Below are positions 9,738 through 20,950 of a stretch of 64,000 nucleotides of DNA, in pieces. Position 1 is the first letter of the stretch, and the number at the start of each line of letters is the position of its first letter. A program made the position numbers and the translations under genes. The notes beneath the pieces were generated by a model. The model saw only the letters and a list, made by a program, of their open reading frames with translations. It made no database searches and was not told where the DNA came from. Origin of the DNA: Vulcanimicrobiota bacterium (GTDB taxonomy: Bacteria > Vulcanimicrobiota > Vulcanimicrobiia > Vulcanimicrobiales > Vulcanimicrobiaceae); contig CAWCIZ010000003.1 in NCBI GenBank assembly GCA_963795855.1, positions 416,001 to 480,000 of the forward strand, in the 5' to 3' direction.

Positions 9738-10847
9738 ATGCCAAGGTTCGCTCGTGTCGCCGCAGTAGTAGCGCTCGCAACCGCGCTGTACTGCCGCGCG
9801 TACGCGGCGTCCGCGCCGATCGCGAATCTCGACGGTGCGCGCATGTTCAATCCCGCATCGGAATCGCTGCTGGCGAATCTCTTCACTCCCGTCAGAACGC
9901 TCTCGCCGATCGCCGTCGCGTTGTTCCACGAACCGAACGCGATCGATCTTCCCGCGCTGCCGCCCCCACCCGAAACCGCGAGCGGCACCGGCACCGTCGC
10001 AGCCATCGACCTGCAGGCGTATACGGCGCCGGTCAGACTGCCGTCGCATCCGCTGGATCGACCATCGATAACGCCCGTCGCACCCGTGCAGCGCGCGCAG
10101 CTCGCGCAGCCGCACGTGCGCCTTGAAACGCCGCAAACGCAGGTCCGGTTCGGCAGCTACGCGCCGTACGCGCCGGCGCTGCAAAGCGTCAGCGAAAACG
10201 TGCAGGTGCCCGTGCGCATCGGCGGCGTGCGTTTCTCCGGGCTGCTCAGCGGAGCGCAGGCGCAAACCGGAGGCGCAGATTCCGTTCGCGCGATGCAACT
10301 CTGCGGTACGACGGACGAAGCCGCCGCGTGTCCGTACTTGCACGACGAGCACGCGCAAGCGTTCGCCGCAGGTACCGACTTCAACGTGCGCGCCGGCAAC
10401 ACGCAGGTGAATCTGCAGCTCTCGGGCACCGTCTCGCAAATAACGAATCGCGACGCGATGTACGAATATACGCCGCTGGATCCGGACACGAACCTAGATG
10501 CAGTGCACGCGGGTACTCCGGCGGACACATCGCTGCTCTATTATCCTGGGCTCACGGAGGTCGTGCGTCACGGGCTGAACGCGCGCGTCGCCGTGCCGGT
10601 CTCGCCGTCCGTCACCCTGGGGCTTCAATACGACACGTCGCACTATCAAGGTAATTACGGCCAGCTGCTCGCACCCGGACTCGACGCGCGCAAGGACACG
10701 TATCTCGGCAACGTAACGTATCAACTTCCGAACTCGTCGAGCTTGCTCACGCTTTCCGCGCGGCAATATCGTTATCAGGATTCGTTCGCCCCGAACTTCA
10801 ATTTGACCGAAACCCGAGCCGACCTCAGTTTCACGGTGAAATTCTGA
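9738..10847 (+). CDS. Exported hypothetical protein, possibly an outer-membrane beta-barrel
   Basis: Signal peptide, Pro-rich linker, alternating beta-strand pattern, C-terminal ...LSFTVKF. Confidence 0.6.
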   Translation: MPRFARVAAVVALATALYCRAYAASAPIANLDGARMFNPASESLLANLFTPVRTLSPIAVALFHEPNAIDLPALPPPPETASGTGTVAAIDLQAYTAPVRLPSHPLDRPSITPVAPVQRAQLAQPHVRLETPQTQVRFGSYAPYAPALQSVSENVQVPVRIGGVRFSGLLSGAQAQTGGADSVRAMQLCGTTDEAAACPYLHDEHAQAFAAGTDFNVRAGNTQVNLQLSGTVSQITNRDAMYEYTPLDPDTNLDAVHAGTPADTSLLYYPGLTEVVRHGLNARVAVPVSPSVTLGLQYDTSHYQGNYGQLLAPGLDARKDTYLGNVTYQLPNSSSLLTLSARQYRYQDSFAPNFNLTETRADLSFTVKF

Positions 10848-10870
10848 CCGACGCCTCTCGTCGGTCATGG

Positions 10871-11692
10871 GTGAACCGCGTCCTTCTAGCTTTCGCCATC
10901 ATCGTCGTAGTTGCGCTCGCTGCCGTGCAGTTCGCGTCGGATGGCGTTTTCTCGCGGGCAGGGGAACCTGTTTCACTTCCAGCGCACATTCCGGCGCCTC
11001 TCGGCGTGGAGATCTATCGCCGCATCGCGCGTATCTCGCGCGCGCCTTATGCCGATTCTATGCTCGCGCGAGCCGCGCTCGATCGCGGCGACATTTCAGC
11101 CGCGCGCCGCTATGCGGAGCGATTACCCGAATCGGCGACGCGCGACGACTTGCTGGGCAGTATTTCTCTCGCGCGCGGCGACGTGCGCGCCGCCCGGCAG
11201 TATTACGTGCGCGCGGGTGACGTCGAGGCGATCGCACGCGTAGTCGACGCGCTCGGGAAGAGCGACCCGGCCTCTGCGTACGCTTTGGAACTCGCCCTGA
11301 TCCGGCGCTTACAGCAGACCGGAACGCATCCCGACGCCGTCGCGGAAGGCTACTGGCAGCTTGGCGTGCTTGCGTCGCGCGAGGCGAAACCCAAGGTCAG
11401 CCTGCGAGACTACGAGACCGCCGTTGCGCTCTCGCCGCTTTCGGAGAAATACTCGCTGTCGGCCGGCTATGCGGCCTACGACATGGGAGCGTACGCGGCT
11501 GCGCTGCGGCATTTTGCTCGCGTACTCAGCGTCGATCCGGCCAGTGCCGACGCATATGCGGGCGAAGGCATGGTGGCGTTTCATGAAGGCGATCGCGCGC
11601 GCGCCGCGCAGTTCGCACAGCGCGCTCGATCGATCGATCCGCACGCGCATTCGCTCGCAACGCTCCAATCGTATCTGAACGCGAAGCCGTGA
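10871..11692 (+). CDS. TPR-repeat protein with N-terminal signal/anchor
   Basis: Hydrophobic N-terminus; TPR-like helices (AVALSP, VLSVDPASADAY, ARSIDP). Confidence 0.7.
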   Translation: MNRVLLAFAIIVVVALAAVQFASDGVFSRAGEPVSLPAHIPAPLGVEIYRRIARISRAPYADSMLARAALDRGDISAARRYAERLPESATRDDLLGSISLARGDVRAARQYYVRAGDVEAIARVVDALGKSDPASAYALELALIRRLQQTGTHPDAVAEGYWQLGVLASREAKPKVSLRDYETAVALSPLSEKYSLSAGYAAYDMGAYAAALRHFARVLSVDPASADAYAGEGMVAFHEGDRARAAQFAQRARSIDPHAHSLATLQSYLNAKP

Positions 11693-12727
11693 TCGTCGCG
11701 CTCGACATGCAGCTGTCGGTTGGTAATGCGACCGGCATCGGCGAGTACGTCGGCGGCCTGGCTCCCGCGCTTCGCTCGTGCGGCGTCGGCGTCGTCGAAT
11801 TGTTCGAACCGAAATTCGATCCGTGGCGCTTCGACCGGCGCCTGCTTTGGGATCAGGTCTTGCTTCCGCGCCGAGCGCGCATTAGCGGTGCGGACCTTCT
11901 TCACTGCGCTTCCGGCACGATGCCGGTGCGCAGCCCGCTGCCCGCGGTCGTCACGGTCCACGACGTCGCGTGGCTGAAAGTGCAGCGGCACACGCGTCCG
12001 TATGCGCGCTACTATTTCGGGTCCTTCGCGCTGCGGCGCTACGCTCGCGCAGCGGCCATCATCGTCGACTCGGAGTTTTCGCGCAGCGAGTCTGCTCGAG
12101 GTTTTGAACGTGCCGGCGGAGCGCGTTTACGTCGTCTACCCCGGCGTTTCCGCGGACTATTGCAGGCTCGTGCGGCGGCCCGGCGGCGCCCGGACCATTC
12201 TCGTTCCGGGAACCGTCGAACGCCGGAAGAATTTGGAAGTGCTGATTCGAGCGCTGCCGCTCCTTCCGGACGACGTGCGTCTGGTTTCCGTCGGACCCGC
12301 CACACCGTATCGCGCGGAATGCGAGCGTTTCGCGCGCAATGCCGGCGTGGCCGACCGCGTCGAATTTCGCGGCTACGTCGATCGCACGCGCCTGCTCGAA
12401 TTGTACGCAACCTGCGCGATGGTTGCGGTGCCGTCGCGCTACGAAGGGTTCGGATACGCTGCGGCTCAGGCGGTGTGCGCGGCGACTCCGGTCATCGTTT
12501 CGAGTGCGGCCTCGCTGCCCGAAGTTACCGGCGATACCGCTCAGCACGTCGAGCCGGAAGACGAACACGCGTGGGCGCGCGCGATTGCAGCGCTTTTGCG
12601 CGATGCGGATGCCCGCAATGCGCGAGCCGCGGCCGCGCGTGAGGCGGCAGTCGTCCGCTTCTCTTGGGATGCGGCGGCACGCGCAACGCGCGGGGTCTAT
12701 GAAACCGCACTCCGAAGTTCGCGATAG
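11689..12727 (+). CDS. Glycosyltransferase family 4 (frameshift near 12088)
   Basis: TGIGEY, VVTVHD, RKNL, PSRYEGFG, SLPEV, RFSW. Confidence 0.9.
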
Positions 12728-12735
12728 GAGGGATT

Positions 12736-13857
12736 ATGGCTGACTCACCGGTGCCCGTGCAGCCGGAAGGCGCCGCCGTGCCGCTCGGCGCGGACGAGCA
12801 GCGTAAGCTCGACGCGCAAGTCCAAGGGTACGTGGGCGATCTTGCGGTGCTCGACGCGCACGGCGACGATTTCAAAACGCGAATCCAAGCACTCGAGCAA
12901 CTCGGCAACGCGGAGATTACGCAATCTGCGAGCGTCGCAAACCGTTTGCTCGACCGTCCGCTTCGCGCCTTACGCAATCCCGGTTCGCAGTCCGCCGACG
13001 TATCAAACGGGCTGAGCGATTTGCGCGCGACGGTTGAATCGCTCGATCCGTCCAAGGCGGAATTGCTCAAACCGCGGCGTCTGCTCGGCGTTATTCCGTT
13101 CGGCAACCGGCTGCGCCGGTATTTCGATCGGTATCAGTCCTCGCAAAGCCATCTCAACGCAATCATCGAAACGCTCTATCGCGGGAAAGATGAACTGCTG
13201 CGGGACAACGCCGCAATCGAAGAGCAAAAGACGCAGATGTGGTCGCTGATGCAGAAGACCGAAGCGATGATCTATCTCTGCAAAAAGATCGACGCCGAAT
13301 TGTCGGCGAAGGTCGCGCAGCTGGAGACCGAAGACCCCGAGCGGGCGAAGGTCGTCAAAGAATCCGCGTTATTTCCGGTGCGTCAGAAGAGCGTCGATCT
13401 GCTCACGCAAATGGCCGTAAACGTTCAAGGTTATCAGGCCCTCGATCTCATCAAACGCAACAACGCGGAACTCGTCAAGGGCGTCGACCGCGCGACGACC
13501 ACGACGGTGAGCGCGTTACGCACGGCGGTCGCCGTCGCGCAGGCGCTGACGAGCCAGCGTTTGGTGCTGGGTCAGATATCCGCGCTGGGCGCCACGACTT
13601 CCACGATGATCGAATCGACCTCGCAAATGCTCGGCGAGCAGGGCGTATCAATTTATAAGCAAGCCGCGGAGCCGACCATACAAATCGAGCAACTGCATCG
13701 CGCGTTCGAAAACGTGTATGCGGCAATGGATGCCGTCGACGAATACAAAAGCAAGGCCGCGGATAGCCTCGCGCAAACCGCTTCGGCGCTGGAAAGCGAA
13801 GTCGGCAAAGCGAAGGCGTATCTCTCGCGGTCCGGCGCGCCGCAGCTGCCGCGCTGA
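12736..13857 (+). CDS. Toxic anion resistance protein (TelA/KlaA family)
   Basis: Helical; YFDRYQSSQSHLN, LLRDNAAIE, NNAELVKGVDRA; GGAGG RBS. Confidence 0.88.
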   Translation: MADSPVPVQPEGAAVPLGADEQRKLDAQVQGYVGDLAVLDAHGDDFKTRIQALEQLGNAEITQSASVANRLLDRPLRALRNPGSQSADVSNGLSDLRATVESLDPSKAELLKPRRLLGVIPFGNRLRRYFDRYQSSQSHLNAIIETLYRGKDELLRDNAAIEEQKTQMWSLMQKTEAMIYLCKKIDAELSAKVAQLETEDPERAKVVKESALFPVRQKSVDLLTQMAVNVQGYQALDLIKRNNAELVKGVDRATTTTVSALRTAVAVAQALTSQRLVLGQISALGATTSTMIESTSQMLGEQGVSIYKQAAEPTIQIEQLHRAFENVYAAMDAVDEYKSKAADSLAQTASALESEVGKAKAYLSRSGAPQLPR

Positions 13858-13859
13858 GC

Positions 13860-14624
13860 ATGCCGATACCCGCGCAAGCGCAAGCGAGTGTCGATCGGAT
13901 CCTCGCGCTGCTCGACGAAGCGGAAGCGCTGGAAGTGGATCGCGCGCCCGGTGAGGATGCGTACATGCTGCGCATGACGCGCGAGCGGTATCTGCCCGAG
14001 ACGCTGGACGCGTACGCACGCGTTCCGGCGGCGCTCACCGCGACTCCGGACGCCGCAACGGGGCGCACGCCGGACGATCACCTTGCCGAGCAACTCGCCA
14101 TTCTCGAACGCGCAACGGCGCAACGGCTGATGCGGCTTGCGGAACAGGGCCGAAGCGCGCTTTCCGAAAATGGGCGATTCTTGATCGATCGGTTGGGGCC
14201 GTTGGAGTCACTTCCCGAAGCGGCGGTGCTCGAAACGCGAAGCACCGGCGCGAGTGCGCGGCGATTTGCCGAAAGCCTTGCTGCCGGCGCGCGCCGCAAT
14301 CGCGATCTCGTAAACGCGGTAGCCGCGAAGCTCTACGATGCGTTTCCGCTCCTGACCGAAGTCGATCGAGGTATGTTCGGCACGGGGCCCGCGAAACGCA
14401 TCGCTATTACGGTTCCGCTCGGTAACGATCGGTTGCGCTACGCGGTGGAACTCGGCCGAAGCGGTGACGTTGCAACGACGTGCTCGAAAATCGTGCGCGG
14501 GGTCACGATCCGCAGCGAACAAGTTCCATTCGAAGAATGGGCGCGAGCATTGTACGAAGACTTGAGCGCCTACGCGCGCAGCAGCACGCAGGCGCAGGAG
14601 ATGCTGCAGCATCTCGTCCGCTGA
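13860..14624 (+). CDS. Hypothetical two-domain protein; N-terminal half is an XpaC-like helical TelA partner
   Basis: YLPETLDAY..P, GRTPDD.L.EQL, L.ENGRFL; second domain VRGVTIRSE.VPFEEW; coupled to telA. Confidence 0.55.
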   Translation: MPIPAQAQASVDRILALLDEAEALEVDRAPGEDAYMLRMTRERYLPETLDAYARVPAALTATPDAATGRTPDDHLAEQLAILERATAQRLMRLAEQGRSALSENGRFLIDRLGPLESLPEAAVLETRSTGASARRFAESLAAGARRNRDLVNAVAAKLYDAFPLLTEVDRGMFGTGPAKRIAITVPLGNDRLRYAVELGRSGDVATTCSKIVRGVTIRSEQVPFEEWARALYEDLSAYARSSTQAQEMLQHLVR

Positions 14625-14638
14625 CGAAAGGTGACGAT

Positions 14639-15529
14639 ATGAGTTTCTTCGGATTCGGTTCCGGCCCACGCGCTCCGCAAGCCCCTGCCGGCACGCCCGG
14701 AGCGCCGCCCGCGGTGACGCAAGGCGGCGTTCCGCAGGACGCGATCGCGCGTTTACGCCGCATGTCCGGAGACGGCGGGAAGCCGCTCTTTACGAGCGAT
14801 CTCTCCGTCAGCGAGTTCGTGCTGCTCGAACAACTCGGCGTTAAGCCGATCGGCATGGTCCTCGGCAGTTCGATTTACCACGTCGGAATACAGTACGGCA
14901 ATTGGTATCAGAACCAGGAACTCGCTTATCTGAGCCAAGCCATGTATCACGCGCGCGAACTGGCGATGTCCCGCATGGAGGAAGAAGCGACGGTGCTCGG
15001 CGCCGACGGCATCGTGGGCGTGCGGTTGAACGTGAACGCGTACTCGTGGGCAGAGGGCGCGCTCGAATTCACCGCGATCGGCACCGCAATCAAAGCGCGT
15101 GAAGGCGAGCGCTATCGCACGATGCACGGGCGCCCGTTCACAAGCGATTTGAGCGCCCAGGATTTCTACAAACTCTTTCAATCGGGGTACATTCCGGCCG
15201 AACTGGTCCTGGGCAATTGCGTGTACCACGTCGCACATCAAGGCTTTCTGCAGCAGCTGCGCACCGTCGGGGTGAACGTCGAGCTCACCAACTACACCGA
15301 AGCGATCTACGATGCGCGCGAACTCGCCATGAGCCGCTTGCAGGCCGAAGCGGAAGCGCACGGCGCCGAGGGCATCATCGGCATGCGCATCACGGAGCAG
15401 AGTTGGATTTGGCAGCCGCACGTCATCGAGTTCATGGCGATCGGAACGTCGATCGTGCGGCGTCCCGGCTACGCAGGCGACGGCACGTTGCCGGAAGCGC
15501 CGAAGTTCACGGTCTCGATGGACGATTGA
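14639..15529 (+). CDS. YbjQ-like heavy-metal-binding domain protein (tandem duplicated domain)
   Basis: Two repeats of FTSDLS...ARELAMSR..EA...GA.GI.G...EF.AIGT. Confidence 0.85.
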   Translation: MSFFGFGSGPRAPQAPAGTPGAPPAVTQGGVPQDAIARLRRMSGDGGKPLFTSDLSVSEFVLLEQLGVKPIGMVLGSSIYHVGIQYGNWYQNQELAYLSQAMYHARELAMSRMEEEATVLGADGIVGVRLNVNAYSWAEGALEFTAIGTAIKAREGERYRTMHGRPFTSDLSAQDFYKLFQSGYIPAELVLGNCVYHVAHQGFLQQLRTVGVNVELTNYTEAIYDARELAMSRLQAEAEAHGAEGIIGMRITEQSWIWQPHVIEFMAIGTSIVRRPGYAGDGTLPEAPKFTVSMDD

Positions 15530-15549
15530 ACCGCTGCCGCCGTCTACAT

Positions 15550-17234
15550 CTAGTAAATCGGCGAGCCGGGGGCGCCGGGCGCGACGCTGCCGTCGTCCGG
15601 TGCGAAGATGAGTCGTAACGGATAACTCGAGCCGCTGTCCGGAATCGTTTCGATCGTTATGCGTACGAACCCGCGAGCCGGCACGACGTACTGCCGGAGT
15701 TTGAAGCGTGAAAACGGCGGCACTTGATGCGACTGGATCAGCACGCCGTCGATCAGGTACGTCCCAGTCGCACGGCCCCCGCGCGGGTTTTCATAGATAG
15801 CGATCGGCTGCGGCTGCGCCGTCGGATTCTGCACCTTGATGACGAAGGATTGCAGCACGCCGTAATCGCCCGCGAGCGCTTCCCCTTGCATCAGATTGGG
15901 CAGCGGAATATGCCCGATGTCGAGTTGGAGAAATTCGTCCGTCGTGTTCCACAGCGTGCTGTAATGAAATTCCGGTATTTTATACACGCCGCGGGCGTGC
16001 GGGTGATCGCCGCCGAGCAGTTCGGTGCTCGAAAGCGCCTCCTGCGGCGAGTCGTCCGCATTCTGCGCGAACAGCGTGAGATGCACGGTGCTGCCGTTCA
16101 GCACGCGCAGTTGCAGTAAGTTGCAAACGATGTTTTTCGCCGGAAGCGCCTGCTCCGCCAAATTCAGCGTGCCGTTGCCGGGAATGACGATGACGCGGCC
16201 TTCGTTCTGAACCAGACGCTTCAGAAATTCGTACGTCGCGGTGTGGCCCGCGAGCATTTCGTTCGGATCCGGGCCGCCCGCGCCGCTGATGAATTGCACG
16301 ATCGCCGGCTCGGACGACGTGTTCTGCGCGCGGAGCACGACGCGGCGGTTCGGCTCTCCCGCCGGATTGTAGTGGAAATACAGAAAGCGCGTCGGCAGCG
16401 TGCGCTTGAGGTCGCTTGCGAAGAGCACGCCGTTTTCCGTGAGCCGTTCCGGATAGTCGCTGACTGTCAGCGAGTCGGGCGTGATCTTCGGCGCCGCCAT
16501 GTTTTCGACGCGTACGTGCGTCGTCGCATCGACGCTGAAGTACTCTTCGCCCTGGATGAGTACGGGAACGTTTACCGTAGTCACGTCGTCTTGCGCGAGC
16601 GGCTGCGAGAGTTGAACTTCGTCCGGCGATGCGACGATCTGCGCGCCCGGCCGCGCCTGGGCAAGCGCTATCGCGGCGGCCACTGCTTCTTGCTTGACGA
16701 AACTGGGGCTCGCCGGATCGCCGGTGATGCGAATGGATACGTTCTCGCCCACCGTTCCGGCAGGATACGCGACGCGCACCGGTACGACCGCCGACATGCC
16801 GCGCTGATCGGTGATTCCGACGGCCGTCGCGCCGGGCGATTTGCCGGTGAGCGTGACGGTTTCGTTCGTTTGATCGACCGCGGCGTCGACGATCGCGGGA
16901 TTGAGCACGTTGACCGTCATCCGCCCGTAAACGGAGGACACGCGCAGCACCTGCGTCGCCCGACCGGAACGGCTGCCGCGGCGGGCTGCACCGTGATGGG
17001 CGGCGGCGTCGGCGTTGCCGTGGGCGTTGGCGTGGGAGTTGCGGGGATCCCTGGCGGAGCGGGCGATTGGCCTGGCGCAAGCGAGGCTGCGGGCGAAGCC
17101 GACGGAGTCGCCGTGACCGGCGCATTCGTCGCTCCGGGAGCGGGCGGGTTGACCTGGGCGCGCGGCACGGCTACGGACGCGATTACGCATCCGGCAAGCA
17201 GCGCTGCGGTAAACAGGGAAGAGCGCCGCGTCAC
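15550..17234 (-). CDS. Secreted hypothetical protein with Pro/Thr linker and an Ig-like (pilus-assembly N-terminal-like) domain (frameshift near 16960)
   Basis: Signal peptide MTRRSSLFTAALLAG, PTPTPT linker, then NPAIVDA...VTLTGKSPGATAVGITD; the body is in ORF 15550..17535. Confidence 0.65.
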
Positions 17235-17237
17235 GCG

Positions 17238-18891
17238 CTAGGCGATTTTGGCTTCGTTTCGGCTCACTGCGGACGCTAGCAGCGTCTTGTAGCCGACACT
17301 CGGAAACAGCACGGTGACCAAGTCTTTTTCGGCCCGCTCCACCGTGCCCTGTCCGAATTTCGGATGATAGACGATATCCGCGATGCGATACCCGGACGGG
17401 ATGGCGCGTTCGGGCGCTTCGCCGCGCACGATGCTCGCCGTCTTGGTTTTCTCCCGCAGACAGTTGTCGCATGCGCCGCAGCCCGAGCGTTCGTAATCCT
17501 CGCCGAAGTAATTCAGAATGAATCGGCGGCGGCACGACGTGGTTTCCGCGTATTGCAGCATCATTGCCAGTTTACTTTGGTCGTACGATTTCTTCGTTTC
17601 GTAGCTCGCGAGATTGAGCACTAAATCGCGGTTCTTGCGCGCCCCTTCCGTGAGCGCGTATTTCGAGCGGCTGATCGTTTGGATGAAGCCACCCTTCTTG
17701 AGCAGCGCCAAAATGACTTTGAGTTTGGTGAGCGGCAACTGCAGAATCTTCCGAAGGTCGGTCATCGAAACGCCATCCTCTTGGGCTCCGAAAATCTCCA
17801 GCGTGCCGAAGACTTTTTGCACTTCTTCGATGTCGGGATACTTGCCGGTCAGGAAGTAATTTTGCACGCGCGTGTCGCTCATGCGGTAGATCAGCACGCA
17901 CCTCGAGGGCAAACCGTCGCGGCCCGCGCGGCCCGCTTCCTGCGTGTAGGCTTCGACCGAGCCGGGCAGATCGTAATGCACGACGAACCGGATGTTCGGC
18001 TTGTCGATGCCCAGTCCGAACGCGTTCGTTGCGACGACTGCGCGAATATGCTCCGCCATGAACAATTCGTGTACGGCGGTGCGGTCTTGCTTCTGCAGTT
18101 TGGAGTGATAAACCGCAGCCGGAATGTCGAGCGGATCCTGGAGATACTTCTGCACTTCGAGCGCGTTCTTGATCGTCGCCGTGTAAATGATGCCGGTGCC
18201 TTCGAGTTCCGAAGCAAAGAGTCTGCTTGAGGATCTTGAGTTTGTCGGCTTCTTTCTCGGCGCGCCGCACGACGTAGATGAGATTCGGCCGATCGAAGCC
18301 TTTGACGATCGGTTTGACGTTCGGAATTCCGAGCTGATGCAGGATGTCTTCGCGCACGGCGGGCGTCGCCGTCGCGGTCAGTGCGAGCACCGTCGGATGA
18401 CCGAGACGTTCGATGACGTGCCCGAGCGCCAAATAGGCGGGCCGGAAATCGTGGCCCCATTGGCTGATGCAGTGCGCTTCGTCGACGACGAACAGCGGCA
18501 CGGTGATCGACTGCAGCAACTGCATGAAGCTGTCGTCTTCGAGTTTTTCCGGCGTGACGAACACGATTTTGATGCGCCGGCTGCCGATGCGCTCGAGCGC
18601 CGCGGCTTCCTGATCTTCCGAAAGCGTAGAGTTGAGCGCGACGACGTCGGTGACGCCGAGTTCGCGCAGCATATCGATCTGATCTTTCATCAGCGCGATG
18701 AGCGGACTCACGACGACCGTCGTTCCTTCGAGGAGCAAGGCAGGCAGCTGGTAGGTCAAACTTTTGCCCGCGCCGGTCGCAAAAATCGCAAGCGTGTCTT
18801 GACCCGACACGATGCGCATGACGACCTCTTCTTGACCGGGTTGAAACGATTCGAAACCGAACTTCTCACGAAGCGCAGCCCGCAAATCCAC
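17238..18891 (-). CDS. recQ: RecQ family DNA helicase (frameshift near 18215)
   Basis: [59 protein letters not shown]. Confidence 0.93.
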
Positions 18892-19018
18892 GACTCTACC
18901 TCTTCCTGCGAGCCCTGTGAAGCGCGCATACCCGCCTCTTTAGTAAAAAACCAAAGAAGCGCCGCAAACAGTATACCCCCCGGCAGGCTCCTCGAAACAG
19001 CGAAAAGTACTACCCAGA

Positions 19019-20636
19019 GTGTCCCTGTACCGTACTTGGCGTCCGAAGACGTTTCGCCGACTTGGTCGGGCAAGACGCCGTCGTTCGCACGCTCACCAGC
19101 GCGCTCGAAAGCGGCAAACTCGCCCACGCGTATCTGTTCTCCGGCCCGCGCGGTTCGGGCAAGACGTCCGCTGCCAAAATTCTTGGCGCGCTGCATCGAT
19201 TGCGTGAACGGCCCGACGGCCAACGCCCGACAATACGTGCGAAAACTGTCAGGCGATTTTGGCCGGGACTGCTCTCGACGTGCTGGAAATCGACGCCGCC
19301 AGCAACCGCGGCATCGACGAAATCCGCGCGCTGCGCGACGCGGTGAAGTTCGCGCCGTCGACGATGCGCATGAAAGTGTACATCATCGACGAAGCGCACA
19401 TGCTTACCAAAGAAGGCGCGAACGCGTTTCTGAAAACGCTCGAAGAACCGCCGCCCACGCGGTGTTCATTCTGGCGACGACCGAGCCGGAAAAACTGCCG
19501 GTCACGATTCTTTCGCGCTGTCAGCGATACGCGTTCCGCCGCATCGCGATTCCCGTCATGATCGAGCGCATGCGCGAAATTGCGACGGCGGAAAACATCG
19601 CGATCGACGACGCCGCGCTCTCCGCGATCGCGTACCGCGCCGACGGCGGGTTGCGCGACGCGCTCACGATGCTCGAACAGGCCGCCGCGTTCGCCGACGG
19701 CGCGATCACGCCGCAGACGATCGATCTTGCGTTCGGCGCCACCGGCCGCAATTACGCGGGCACGCTGATCGACCGGCTGATCGCAACGGATGCGTCCGGC
19801 GGTGCTGCAGACGCATCGACGATGCGAGCGATGCCGGCACCGACATGCAGGTGCTGCTGCGCGGGCTGATCGCGGAGTTTCGCAATTTGCTGGTCGGCGC
19901 GCATCGATCCGGCAATTGCTCTCGCGCGACCTCGCGCCCGAAGACGCGCGAACGCTGCCGCAGCGCCGCGCTAAGGACTGACGCAGGCGCAGATCGTGCG
20001 CGCGCTGCGGCTGCTTACCGAAGCGCTCTGCGACGGCGCGTTCGTCCGGCAATCCGCGGCTCGAACTCGAAACCGCGCTGCTGCGCTACGTGCTTGCCGC
20101 CGAAGATCCCGACGCTGGACGCGCTCGACGCGCGCGTTGAGCGCGCTGGAGGAAGGCGCGAACGGCGCGCCGTCGCCGGCGCCCGCAGCCTGCAATCATG
20201 CGGCCGGCGTCCGACCCGCGTCGCAAACCGCCGACACCGGCCGCGCACGGCGCGGGCCGGCCCGGTTACGATTCAAAAGGTGCGCGCGGCGTGGGAATCG
20301 ATCGTCACGAAGGTCGAGACCGAGAAGCAGTCGCTGCGCGGCGAGTTGCGGCGCGCGATGCCGGATTCCGATCGAAGGCAACGCGCTGGTCGTGAAAGTT
20401 CCCACGCGCTTTCGGCCGAAATGCTCAGAGACAACGCGAAGCTGGTTCAAGAAGCGATCGCCGAAGCGCTCGGCACGGCGCTGCAGGTGCGATTTCAAAC
20501 GGGCGGCGCTCCGCCTCGTGCAAAGGCGGCACCGCTGCACGAACGCGGCAAGCGTTCAGGCCGGCAACCGCAGAGCGGCGCGATTGCGGAAGATCCCGAC
20601 GAACTGTTCACCTATCTGAACGAACGGATCAAATAG
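19019..20636 (+). CDS. dnaX: DNA polymerase III gamma/tau subunit (several frameshifts)
   Basis: [58 protein letters not shown], spread across frames. Confidence 0.93.
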
Positions 20637-20640
20637 ACCG

Positions 20641-20949
20641 ATGAATCAGGCGCAACTGATGGCGCAGATGCGCAAGATGCAGCAAGAGATGGCAAAGGCG
20701 CAGGACGAGCTTGCGAACACCGTCGTCACCGGCGCTGCCTCGGGCGAGAGCGTCAAAGTGGAGATGACGTGCGATCACCGCGTCAAGAGCGTGAAGATTG
20801 CAAAGGAAGCCGTCGATCCCGACGATGTGGAAACGCTCGAAGATCTGCTCGTCGTCGCATTCAACGACGCGCTGAAGAAAGTCGAAGAAACGGCGCAAAG
20901 CCGGATGGGCGCGCTGACCGGCGGCATGAACATTCCCGGCCTCATGTAG
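20641..20949 (+). CDS. ybaB: YbaB/EbfC nucleoid-associated protein
   Basis: [26 protein letters not shown]; dnaX-ybaB-recR synteny. Confidence 0.95.
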   Translation: MNQAQLMAQMRKMQQEMAKAQDELANTVVTGAASGESVKVEMTCDHRVKSVKIAKEAVDPDDVETLEDLLVVAFNDALKKVEETAQSRMGALTGGMNIPGLM

Positions 20950-20950
20950 A

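Noticed and set aside
18892..19018. SRP RNA (ffs) or tRNA often found upstream of dnaX
   Set aside because: No SRP domain IV motif or cloverleaf is visible; the gap looks like a divergent promoter region.
19019..20636. Programmed frameshifting in dnaX (gamma/tau)
   Set aside because: There are many breaks, including within the N-terminal ATPase domain, and I saw no A-AAA-AAG or poly-A slippery site. The neighbouring recR is equally broken, so sequencing error is the simpler explanation.
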